This document shows, in pieces, positions 1-8,014 of a stretch of DNA of 30,075 nucleotides. A program made the position numbers and the translations under genes. The notes below the pieces were generated by a model, which worked only from the letters and a program-made list of their open reading frames with translations, had not been told where the DNA came from and made no database searches. This DNA is from a virus (Duplodnaviria; Caudoviricetes). Every line of letters starts with the position of its first letter. Position 1 is the stretch's first letter. The DNA lies in IMG/VR virus record IMGVR_UViG_3300023214_000082, positions 1 to 30,075 of that record. One strand, written 5' to 3'.

Positions 1-1
1 G

Positions 2-577
2 GCGCGCTTTTGCTCGCTCTCTTGCTTCAACTCTTTCGAGAGATTGGCCGGTCCACATGGGCGAAAACTCATCAATAAGCCAAAGCTCTACCTGCTTGTG
101 ATTGAGGCAGGTCATCCATTTAATTGCACACCCTTTGAATTGCTTTTTCCTGGGATGTGAAGTAATGCGCTGCTTTAGGTTTTTACTTTCCCCTACATAC
201 ATGCACTTACCGTCCTTCTGCCAGAACGCATAGACGCCAGGCGCTGCGGGTGCTTTGTTTTTTGAATGCACCTGTGCAAACTTTCGGTATGCTTTGGACG
301 CGGCGTCTTGGGATTGGTAGTCGATAGGAGACTCTGCCTCTATCTGTTTCAAAAGCTCCCCAGCCCTCCGAATTGCCCGCGCCTGGATTCGGTCGGCCAT
401 GTTGCGTAAGTTGTTATCTTGGGCCTGTTTCGCGTAGCTCGCCAGCGCTTCGGCCTTATCTGCCCATGCTTGGCATTCGTCGATTTTTTGACATTCGGCC
501 AGCGCGGTCTTGGCCCGCTCGTAGCTTTCAGGAAGCCGCGCATCTGGCACGGCGGGAAGTGTTGCATGGTTTGCCAT
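2..577 (-). CDS. Phage protein with a conserved helical N-terminal domain fused to a GIY-YIG nuclease domain (3' end runs off the window)
   Basis: Absent from the ORF track because there is no stop in the window. Hand translation from ATG 577 (SD AAGGAAAG): MANHATLPAVPDARLPESYERAKTALAECQKIDECQAWADKAEALASYAKQAQD...RIQARAIRRAGELLKQIE, then PAAPGVYAFWQKDGKCMYVGESKNLKQRITSHP, which has GIY-YIG motif spacing and the conserved Arg. Confidence 0.8.
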   Translation of the reverse strand, partial: MANHATLPAVPDARLPESYERAKTALAECQKIDECQAWADKAEALASYAKQAQDNNLRNMADRIQARAIRRAGELLKQIEAESPIDYQSQDAASKAYRKFAQVHSKNKAPAAPGVYAFWQKDGKCMYVGESKNLKQRITSHPRKKQFKGCAIKWMTCLNHKQVELWLIDEFSPMWTGQSLERVEARERAKAR

Positions 578-601
578 GTTCTTTCCTTATTTGCAGTTTC
601 G

Positions 602-805
602 TCACTTGGCCTCCGGCGGTGGCTCGATTCGGCCCTCAGCTATCAGGCAGTGAATCTGCCACTGGAGAAAATTGCTCATCTGGTCGTTGTCTCCGTACCG
701 TGCGAGCCGCTGGTGGCTAGTTTCCATCGCCTTTGCGAGCTGGTGGTCGTTTGCCGCGCCGAACATATAGCGGGCCTCGGATTTCGTGAATTTTCGTCTG
801 TTCAT
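602..805 (-). CDS. Cro-like HTH transcriptional regulator
   Basis: 67 aa with the pattern TKSEARYMFG...QLAKAMETSHQRLARYG, resembling N15-type Cro. It is the first gene of the leftward divergent operon. Confidence 0.6.
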   Translation of the reverse strand: MNRRKFTKSEARYMFGAANDHQLAKAMETSHQRLARYGDNDQMSNFLQWQIHCLIAEGRIEPPPEAK

Positions 806-811
806 AGCGCA

Positions 812-840
812 ATTCTACACCGGGCAAATTAATTGTGCAA
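812..840 (-). promoter_or_regulatory. Leftward sigma70 promoter, probably giving a leaderless transcript of the cro-like gene
   Basis: Minus strand TTGCAC (840-835), 17-bp spacer, TAGAAT (817-812). The ATG at 805 lies only 6 nt after the -10 element and has no SD. Confidence 0.7.
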
Positions 841-845
841 CCCCC

Positions 846-874
846 TTGCAAACGGAAATAAATTGCAGTACACT
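846..874 (+). promoter_or_regulatory. Rightward sigma70 promoter of the recombination operon
   Basis: TTGCAA (846-851), 17-bp spacer, TACACT (869-874). It is followed by SD AGGAG and the ATG at 912. Confidence 0.7.
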
Positions 875-911
875 GGACCCGCAAATCACAAGACACACAG
901 GAGCAGGGAAA

Positions 912-1100
912 ATGAGTGATCTAAACGAAAAATGGTACGCCGTGCCCGGATACAAGGGCGCGCCTGAAAAGATGGACCGCGACCCGCACGTCGTGAACGA
1001 TCGCGGCGAACTCATGTGCGTCTGCGAGGGATTGGACATTGCTGAGCAGATTGTCCGGGATCACAACGGGACGACCGAATTTATTAGGAGTACACAATGA
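912..1100 (+). CDS. Hypothetical phage protein (62 aa)
   Basis: The ORF 786..1100 is restarted at ATG 912, downstream of the promoter and AGGAG. ATGA overlap with the next gene. Confidence 0.65.
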   Translation: MSDLNEKWYAVPGYKGAPEKMDRDPHVVNDRGELMCVCEGLDIAEQIVRDHNGTTEFIRSTQ

Positions 1101-1867
1101 GCAACCAACAGGAATTGATGCAAAACGACAGCGGCGTGCTGGCGCGTTCGGACGTTGACCCGATCCTTGTCATGATCCAGTCAGCGGCCAGAGACCCGGA
1201 TGCAGATGTGGATAAAATGGAGAGGCTCTTCCAGCTATATGAGCGTCAAGAAGCAAAGCGGGCCGAAGCTTGTTTTAATGCGGCCATGAGCGCTGTGCAA
1301 AAGTCTACAGGGCGAATATCTGCTGACGCAACTAATCCACAGACACGTAGCAAATACGCCAGCTATGCCGCGCTTGACCGGGCCTTGCGGCCTATCTACA
1401 CCGAGCACGGCCTTTCGTTGTCTTTCGATGAAGGCGAACCGTGCGAAGGTGCGGTCGAAGTGCTGTGCTATGTGTCGCACGAATCTGGCCACACCCGGAC
1501 GTATAGAAAGCGGGTGCCGCTGTCGGATAAGGGTATAAAAGGCAATCAAATGATGACGCCAACCCATGCGAACGCATCAGGCGACTCTTACGGCATGAGG
1601 TACTTGGTCAAAAAGATTTTCAATATCGCGATTGGCGAAGATGACGATGACGGCAACGTCGCTGGCCACCAGGTGGACTACATCACCGAGCAACAGGCGG
1701 CAGACCTCGAAGCGCTGATCCAGGAACTCGGAGACAAGCTAGACCGCAAGGCATTCAACAACTGGCTGAAAAATTCCCAGAAGGTGCCGAGCGCAGACTT
1801 GGCCAAGATTCCCGAAGCGATATATAAGGATGTCGTGCGTATGCTTGAGCGGAAGCGCGCATCATGA
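1097..1867 (+). CDS. erf: ERF-family ssDNA-annealing protein (recombinase)
   Basis: SKYASYAALDRALRPI..HGLSLSF, HESGH, and GDSYGMRYLVKKIFNIAIGEDDDDG, a variant of the ERF GSxxTYxxRY...DDD motif. It lies next to an exonuclease and SSB. Confidence 0.85.
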   Translation: MSNQQELMQNDSGVLARSDVDPILVMIQSAARDPDADVDKMERLFQLYERQEAKRAEACFNAAMSAVQKSTGRISADATNPQTRSKYASYAALDRALRPIYTEHGLSLSFDEGEPCEGAVEVLCYVSHESGHTRTYRKRVPLSDKGIKGNQMMTPTHANASGDSYGMRYLVKKIFNIAIGEDDDDGNVAGHQVDYITEQQAADLEALIQELGDKLDRKAFNNWLKNSQKVPSADLAKIPEAIYKDVVRMLERKRAS

Positions 1868-2490
1868 GACAGGGAACGGCTGAGTGGATGGCGGCGCGGA
1901 CAGGTAAGGCCACGGCCAGCCGAGTCGCTGACCTATGCGCCCGGGTGAAAAATGGATGGGGTGCGGGGCGAAAAAACATGATCGCAACCTTGGTCGCCGA
2001 ACGCCTGTCCGGCCAATGCGCCGAGACATTCCAAAGCGCCGCGATGGCATGGGGAACCGAGCACGAAGACGATGCACGGGCCGCGTATGAGTTTCTGCAC
2101 GGGGTCCAGGTGGAACAGGTGGGATTTACTGATCACCCGACAATCGAATGGTCAGGCGCAAGCCCGGACGGGCTGGTAAGTGATGATGGTCTGGTTGAGA
2201 TCAAGTGCCCTAACACAGCGACGCATATCGATACCCTGCTAGGCGCGCCAATAGACGGCAAATATATTAAGCAAATGATGTGGCAGATGGAATGCACGGG
2301 CCGCAAGTGGTGCGACTTCGTGAGCTACGATCCGCGCCTGCCCGTATCTATGCAGACGCACGTTCAGCGCGTGGAGCGTGACGACGAGCTAATCGCCTCA
2401 ATCCGGGCCGATGTGCAATCGGCGCTTGAGGAAATCGAATCAAAGATTAGCGACCTGCTGGGGCGCTATGAGAATCAGGAGGCATCATAG
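1864..2490 (+). CDS. YqaJ/lambda-exonuclease family recombination nuclease
   Basis: [49 protein letters not shown] and [15 protein letters not shown] motifs. Confidence 0.92.
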   Translation: MRQGTAEWMAARTGKATASRVADLCARVKNGWGAGRKNMIATLVAERLSGQCAETFQSAAMAWGTEHEDDARAAYEFLHGVQVEQVGFTDHPTIEWSGASPDGLVSDDGLVEIKCPNTATHIDTLLGAPIDGKYIKQMMWQMECTGRKWCDFVSYDPRLPVSMQTHVQRVERDDELIASIRADVQSALEEIESKISDLLGRYENQEAS

Positions 2491-2879
2491 TGTTAAATCA
2501 AGCGCAAATAATCGGCCGGCTAGGCCAAGACCCGGAGACTCGCAGCACGGCAGGCGGGAACGCGGTCACGAATATCAGCGTTGCCACGTCGGAGAAGTGG
2601 CGAGACAAGCAGACGGGCGAGCGTAAGGAATCGACCGAATGGCATCGTGTTGCGGCATTCGGCAAGCTGGCCGAGATCATGGGCCAGTATCTACGCAAGG
2701 GATCGCTGGTCTATATCTCCGGCCGGATCCAGACTCAGAAATGGCAGGACAAGGATGGTCAGGATCGCTACACCACCGAGATCATTGCCAGCGAAATGAA
2801 GATGCTCAGTAGCAAGGGATCAGTCGGGCAGGATTCGGGCGCGCCTTCTGGTGGGTTTGACGACGATATTCCGTTTTGA
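2490..2879 (+). CDS. ssb: Single-stranded DNA-binding protein
   Basis: [17 protein letters not shown]...[13 protein letters not shown]...TEWHRV...[14 protein letters not shown], with acidic tail DDDIPF. Confidence 0.95.
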   Translation: MLNQAQIIGRLGQDPETRSTAGGNAVTNISVATSEKWRDKQTGERKESTEWHRVAAFGKLAEIMGQYLRKGSLVYISGRIQTQKWQDKDGQDRYTTEIIASEMKMLSSKGSVGQDSGAPSGGFDDDIPF

Positions 2880-2920
2880 GATGGCGCTGATTATTCTTTA
2901 CTCTCATAAGGAGCACAAAC

Positions 2921-3364
2921 ATGCCTAACTTCCCGATCACGCAGGAAATGATCAACCGAGCTCGCAAGCTTCACGCTTGCCCAGAAGCGCTCGATTGGCT
3001 CGAAGCTCAGCCCAGAAAATGGACTGAGCTGGTGGCTCGCAATTCTGAATGGGCTGCTTGGGCGATTATCCATCTACCCGACTGCCCGATCGATCTGACC
3101 GGGCTAAATTCATTCGAACGGGCTCGGGTCATGACTGTCCGGCCTGACTGTCCGATCGATCTGACCGGGCTAAATTCATTCGAACGGGCTTGGGTCATGA
3201 CTAAACGACCAGACTGCCCGATCGATCTGACCGGGCTAAATCCATTCGAACGGGCTCGGGTCATGGCCTACCGACCCGACTGCCCGATCGATATGACCGG
3301 GCTTAATTCATCCGAACGGGCTTGGGTCATGACTAAACGACCAGACTGCCCGATCGAATCGTGA
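2921..3364 (+). CDS. Hypothetical protein with 22-aa tandem repeats
   Basis: SD AAGGAG. N-terminal ACPEALDWL domain followed by 4 copies of PDCPIDxTGLNxxERAxVMxxR and a partial fifth copy. Confidence 0.8.
   Translation: MPNFPITQEMINRARKLHACPEALDWLEAQPRKWTELVARNSEWAAWAIIHLPDCPIDLTGLNSFERARVMTVRPDCPIDLTGLNSFERAWVMTKRPDCPIDLTGLNPFERARVMAYRPDCPIDMTGLNSSERAWVMTKRPDCPIES
3077..3357 (+). repeat. 66-bp coding tandem repeat, about 4.25 copies
   Basis: Units start at 3077, 3143, 3209, 3275 and 3341 (partial). Units 2 and 4 share GCTTGGGTCATGACTAAACGA; units 1 and 3 share GCTCGGGTCATG. Confidence 0.95.
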
Positions 3365-3395
3365 TTTCGATTCTTCAATATCAAGGAGCACAAAA

Positions 3396-3623
3396 ATGAA
3401 CACAGACACGAGAAAACAAATTGAATACGAGCGGCCCGACTGGACGCCAGACGAGATGGGGTCTACTGAGAGACCCTGGGTCAGCGCTCAGCCACGTCGC
3501 CTGTACGAGGCTCGCCGCGCAGCCCATGAAGCTAAAGTCGGCAATGTCATCGTCGCTATGGTGGCGTTGACGGCCGTCATGGCCATAGCGGCTATAATCT
3601 ATCACGTGATGGGAGGAGCCTAA
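3396..3623 (+). CDS. Small membrane protein
   Basis: SD AAGGAG. C-terminal hydrophobic stretch VIVAMVALTAVMAIAAIIY. Confidence 0.7.
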   Translation: MNTDTRKQIEYERPDWTPDEMGSTERPWVSAQPRRLYEARRAAHEAKVGNVIVAMVALTAVMAIAAIIYHVMGGA

Positions 3624-3820
3624 TGACGACTAGAGATTTTTTGCGAGAGACAATTGGTCTCATCGCACTGATGATTTTTCTTGGCGGGTTATTCATTTTT
3701 GTTGCGTGGATGACAACCACGCTACCCGCTATTACGCAGCAGCAAGAACGCTGCTTTGAGAATGCGATTGCTGGCGAGACGTATTGCCGGACGCAGAGAC
3801 AATGGGAGATAGGACTATGA
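3623..3820 (+). CDS. Small membrane protein
   Basis: TAATG coupling and SD GGAGG. Hydrophobic stretch IGLIALMIFLGGLFIFVAWM. Confidence 0.65.
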   Translation: MTTRDFLRETIGLIALMIFLGGLFIFVAWMTTTLPAITQQQERCFENAIAGETYCRTQRQWEIGL

Positions 3821-4056
3821 GACCAGTAGAGATTGATGTCAAGGTGCGTGATAAAGATATGGTGGTAGTAGTAACGCGGTTCGATCCACCGCGTTATGTA
3901 CGCGCGGCTGATCCAGCGGGGGATGTGATAGACCCTGGTGAACTCACTTGGCATCTAGTATACCAAGACGGCAGTGATGCATGGGATATTGAATCGTCAC
4001 TGAGTGATGACGAAGAGACTTGCTTGCTGCAAGAAATTATGGACGAATTGAGCTAG
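3817..4056 (+). CDS. Hypothetical acidic phage protein
   Basis: The ORF 3784..4056 is restarted at ATG 3817 (ATGA overlap). Last gene of the rightward operon. Confidence 0.6.
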   Translation: MRPVEIDVKVRDKDMVVVVTRFDPPRYVRAADPAGDVIDPGELTWHLVYQDGSDAWDIESSLSDDEETCLLQEIMDELS

Positions 4057-4760
4057 ATTTCTTGTACCTGGAATCCCGATCTAAATGCGGTATTGGCGTA
4101 TGGCCTTATTGCGTCATATCCGGTAGCTAACCCGTAGACTGATTCTCTCAGATCAATCGATGGGACTACCAGGTATGGCGCATGCGTGCCTTGCGCCCGT
4201 GCTATCTCGCGCCACACGTGCCGCTCTTCGGCCGTCAACAGCGGCAACGATACCGAGACCCTATCAACGGTAGATTGCTCGCTGACCCAAGGCGTTGCTG
4301 TGGCGTATACCACGCGGGAAAATGACTCTGGCGTCACCGCATATCCATCTAATCCAATCCCGTGAGCTGGGACGAATGCAGCCGATGCCCACAACCCCGC
4401 AATACGCACGGTGGAGCTTCCGGCATTGGTGATGTTGATCGTTACGTCGGATACCGCAACACTCTGATCCAGCCTGGCGATGATGTGATGCGGCCTACCT
4501 GACGTAACGGTAATTTGTACTAGCTCCGAGGTACCGTCAGAGAACGTCACAACCGCGTCATCTGGTAGTGTGTGCCCTAGCAGCGCTAGCAATTGGATGC
4601 TGCCGGACTCGGCGAGTGAAAACTCAATTTCGCCTGCTGTTGGCGTCACTTCCATGTGTGGTGTTGGTGATTGCATCGTCCCCAAGAACTGGGAGCCGTC
4701 AAACGTTCCTGTCGTTTCTATGATGCTCTTGCCAAGCGCCATATTGGCGTATCCGATCAT
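4053..4760 (-). CDS. Tail-tip / distal-tail-like structural protein
   Basis: Last gene of the tail module. Start moved to ATG 4760 (SD GGGAGG, ATGA overlap). The C-terminus VSVSLPLLT..RAQGTHAPYLVVP...GFQVQE resembles phage tail-tip proteins. Confidence 0.55.
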   Translation of the reverse strand: MIGYANMALGKSIIETTGTFDGSQFLGTMQSPTPHMEVTPTAGEIEFSLAESGSIQLLALLGHTLPDDAVVTFSDGTSELVQITVTSGRPHHIIARLDQSVAVSDVTINITNAGSSTVRIAGLWASAAFVPAHGIGLDGYAVTPESFSRVVYATATPWVSEQSTVDRVSVSLPLLTAEERHVWREIARAQGTHAPYLVVPSIDLRESVYGLATGYDAIRPYANTAFRSGFQVQEI

Positions 4761-5788
4761 GCGTCCTCCCAGCCCATACAAGTCAACTCGATTGGTCCAG
4801 AGATAATCGGCGCGTCAATACCGACTATGAGTAGGTTTTTACCGCCCACTAACGCAGGCTGATTAGCAGTCACTTTGATGACCTTGCCGGCACTAAACTT
4901 ATGTAGCTCGCCGTATTGTATGTCCGCCAAACGCAATCGGAATATATACGGCTGGCCTTTCCATTCTCCTGGTTTGCCTGCCCACAAACTGACGTTATGA
5001 TTAGCAAGCCGCTGAATATCCGACGCGTTTATCAGCGCTGACACATAGGGTTCACGTCCGCTCGCCTCAGCAAACGTCGCGCGAAAAATATCCTCATCAG
5101 TAGGTGGATTAACTGGCACAAAATCACCGCCAGATAAAAACTCTAGGATTTGTTGTCGCTGTACTGTAGTAGGCGCTGTCGTCCTGACAACAACTCGATA
5201 GATACGACCGTCCCACGCAGAAGGAGTCAAATTCACACTCCTGGCACCGATAACCAGACGTTGAAATCCGTCAGACCATGTGTTATTCGCAGTGATAAGC
5301 GACCCGCCATCTACTGCGTATTTTGCTGGCGTCCCGCCCCAAACCTCAATTGTGTGGTCTCCGTCATCGTCCAGGCCAAATATGGTGTCTGATGCCGAGA
5401 TCAAAAATATATTTTCGGGACTTGCACCAAAGTCGGCTAATAGCACATCACTTGATGAATCGCCGCCACGCCCAATTAACGTGTTTGAGTTTGTTGCGTC
5501 ATCGCCAATCCTAAATCGGATACCGATATACGTGCTGTCGCCAGTGCTTGCAAATGCATCGGACGCGAGACGGTGTTGCCCAATCACATGATAATGCGCA
5601 TATCCTTCTTCTTTTGTTGGCCGCTCATCCGCGTTAGACGGCGATTCGACATGCGCGTAAATATCGTGGCCGTTCCCGGTTAGATCAACTGCACGACCTA
5701 TTTTCGTTGTTGCTGGCGTTGTAGCTGCCGCATCCTGATATAGCCCTCCATTAGAGCCTGTGAGATCGTAAATCGCGTGATAGCTCAT
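4757..5788 (-). CDS. Tail protein with a LamG/ConA-like N-terminal domain and a hub-like C-terminal domain
   Basis: LYQDAAATTP...VDLTGNGHD and LVIGARS..WDGRIYRVVV...QILEFL are typical of phage LamG-like domains. The C-terminus ends GKVIKVT...GKNLLIVGID...IELTCMG. Confidence 0.6.
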   Translation of the reverse strand: MSYHAIYDLTGSNGGLYQDAAATTPATTKIGRAVDLTGNGHDIYAHVESPSNADERPTKEEGYAHYHVIGQHRLASDAFASTGDSTYIGIRFRIGDDATNSNTLIGRGGDSSSDVLLADFGASPENIFLISASDTIFGLDDDGDHTIEVWGGTPAKYAVDGGSLITANNTWSDGFQRLVIGARSVNLTPSAWDGRIYRVVVRTTAPTTVQRQQILEFLSGGDFVPVNPPTDEDIFRATFAEASGREPYVSALINASDIQRLANHNVSLWAGKPGEWKGQPYIFRLRLADIQYGELHKFSAGKVIKVTANQPALVGGKNLLIVGIDAPIISGPIELTCMGWEDA

Positions 5789-8014
5789 TTAATACCCTTC
5801 CAGGTCAGGGAATTGAGCAAAACGCGTAACCCTATAATCCGCGCTCACGTCTGATCTATCCTGCTCAGTAAATGTCGTGGTGATACCGGCGGCTCTATCC
5901 TCGGCGATTGGACGCCAGTTTTTTGCTCCCACAACACGATCTGTTATGTTGGGCGGATCGTCATCAAACACTTCGATGTCGCCTATGATCCGCTCTTCGC
6001 CGATCTCCGCACCAAACGTTGATGGCGGCTGCAACAGCAGTGATTTTACTCGCCCGCCACGATCGTGCCACAACATCCCGCCAATAGACCCAGCGAGCAA
6101 AAACAACAACTCATCTGCTGTCTCGCTCCCCTTCACCAGCCAGCCTAATGGCGGATCGCCTGTGGCTGTAGAATGCGCTTGCACCATCGCCGTATCTAAA
6201 TGGATATCAGGATCAAGCCCAGCTTGCTCAATAATGTATCGCACCAGCTCTACGTATTTATCTACCGTAGGTTTTTGCCACAGTTCGATTTTTTGAATTG
6301 TATTTGTTCCGGACGTTGCCCCTTTGAAAAATTCAATTCCGAATACTGAGCCAGCGGCATTAAATTCGGCGACCGTGACCGTTGCCTTGCTAAGCGTAGC
6401 TGAGAACGTGCTGAATGGCGATGGTGCGGACGCCAGAGAATCACCAGACGATTCTACGCCAGCCCATCGCGCCTCGATTGATCCTGTCGTGTCTAGAGTA
6501 GTGATTTCGAGTCGATAATCTCTGCCAGAAACAAGTCCAACATCTGCATATAATCTTACCGATGTTGCTAAATTACCAGTGTGTACTACCAACTCTACTT
6601 CATGCACTTGCACTTGGGTCGCAAATACACCGGTTGACGCGCTCTTGAACTGCAACAGCAAACCGAGCGTTGTTGATTGCAGGTCATCAACGCTCAGCTC
6701 ATCAAACCCCCATTTATCTGTTGAATTGCCAAATATATGATTTGTTTTTGTTGACGTTACCTCGACATCGTCCGCCTTATTGTCCGAAATACTGCCGTTC
6801 GGTAATTGCAAGCTGACGGTCTGAAAAAAAATACCCGCTGTTGAGCCGCTTTCCTTTTTTGCCCTGACTCGCACCTCAACTCCAGTGACCAAATCCGTAG
6901 GGCCCAACGTTGGAGACCAATTTCTCAACCTCAATAATCTAGTACTGGTGCTGTCGCCTCCAATATCAGACGATAGATATTCCTCCGTCGTCTGGTCCGC
7001 TTCCAGCGCGTCAGCAATCTCTTGCTGGCCGGCTGGCGCACCAACAGAAACAGGTCGTAACGTCCAACCCCATTGACCACCAGATTGCAACTGCCAAATA
7101 TCAGACGCCCTGTTGTCATCATCTGAACCGGTACTAGCGTCTCCGGTGATCGTGACAACCGCATCGCCACTAGAGTCCTCATCAATTACCGCATCTGGAT
7201 TATCCTCGAACACGTCGAATCCCTGGAGATCGCCGGACGTATCAAAATCCATATCTCCAATTCCGTCCAGCTTATCCACTTCGGAATCATCATCAGGAGG
7301 AGGCCCGTTGGCGTGACACGTAATGGCCAGAAGTGCGCTTCTTGTCAGCGCGAATCCTTGGTCATGCGGCACCCATCCGTCAGTAGGGTTACCGCCCTCC
7401 TGCACTTGCTCTACCTCGTGTAGATTCCAGCCCGCAAAATAGTTTAGGTGCTGTGGTCTGCTCAAATCTGGACTCATCTGGAATACGCGGCCGAGCAGCA
7501 TCGGTGCAGTTCGCCCTATTAGATTTTCATTCGGCGTATTTTCATCGAATACCTCTTTATTCAGCGCGCCAGATAGTGGCGCAAGCAATGACTCAAATGA
7601 CAGGATCAATCGCGACCGTCCCTCAAACCGTCGGCGCTTACCGTTCGCGCGCCATAACGGCTCCATCTTGCCGTCGTGGAATACGTCGTACCTATCGCTC
7701 TCAGTGTTCCACGTTGCGGTTGACGGACCGCGCTGCACCTCTGTCAATAATCCAGACACCGCGTACTCAGCCCAATCGTCAAATAATCCGCTGACGTTGA
7801 TTAGCGACAATTCGCCAACGCTAAATATATCCGCTTGGCCCTGATATGGATGGCGAGCAAATTCTGACCACCGCGCGTCTGTGCTGGTATCAATCACAGG
7901 ATACCAGCGCCTGTTCCATAATCCGGACGCATCGCCGAAATATGGTGCATCTGATACACCAAGAGTCTGCACCTGCTCGCCGTCGCTGAATTGTATTTTC
8001 GCAACGACTATCAC
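5789..8014 (-). CDS. Tail hub / tail-tip protein with inserted beta-sandwich domain(s)
   Basis: Directly follows the tape measure gene. Motifs SVGELSLINVSGLFDDW, GRTAPMLLGRVFQMSP and LLAGSIGGMLWHDRGGRV. The central region is Ser/Thr/Asp-rich and beta-like. Confidence 0.65.
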   Translation of the reverse strand: MIVVAKIQFSDGEQVQTLGVSDAPYFGDASGLWNRRWYPVIDTSTDARWSEFARHPYQGQADIFSVGELSLINVSGLFDDWAEYAVSGLLTEVQRGPSTATWNTESDRYDVFHDGKMEPLWRANGKRRRFEGRSRLILSFESLLAPLSGALNKEVFDENTPNENLIGRTAPMLLGRVFQMSPDLSRPQHLNYFAGWNLHEVEQVQEGGNPTDGWVPHDQGFALTRSALLAITCHANGPPPDDDSEVDKLDGIGDMDFDTSGDLQGFDVFEDNPDAVIDEDSSGDAVVTITGDASTGSDDDNRASDIWQLQSGGQWGWTLRPVSVGAPAGQQEIADALEADQTTEEYLSSDIGGDSTSTRLLRLRNWSPTLGPTDLVTGVEVRVRAKKESGSTAGIFFQTVSLQLPNGSISDNKADDVEVTSTKTNHIFGNSTDKWGFDELSVDDLQSTTLGLLLQFKSASTGVFATQVQVHEVELVVHTGNLATSVRLYADVGLVSGRDYRLEITTLDTTGSIEARWAGVESSGDSLASAPSPFSTFSATLSKATVTVAEFNAAGSVFGIEFFKGATSGTNTIQKIELWQKPTVDKYVELVRYIIEQAGLDPDIHLDTAMVQAHSTATGDPPLGWLVKGSETADELLFLLAGSIGGMLWHDRGGRVKSLLLQPPSTFGAEIGEERIIGDIEVFDDDPPNITDRVVGAKNWRPIAEDRAAGITTTFTEQDRSDVSADYRVTRFAQFPDLEGY

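Noticed and set aside
349-832. Track ORFs 349..567, 373..720 and 419..832
   Set aside because: They overlap the better-supported minus-strand genes at 2..577 and 602..805.
3077-3357. 66-bp periodic repeats as a CRISPR array or DGR template
   Set aside because: The units are contiguous with no unique spacers and preserve a reading frame. There is no cas or reverse transcriptase gene in the window.
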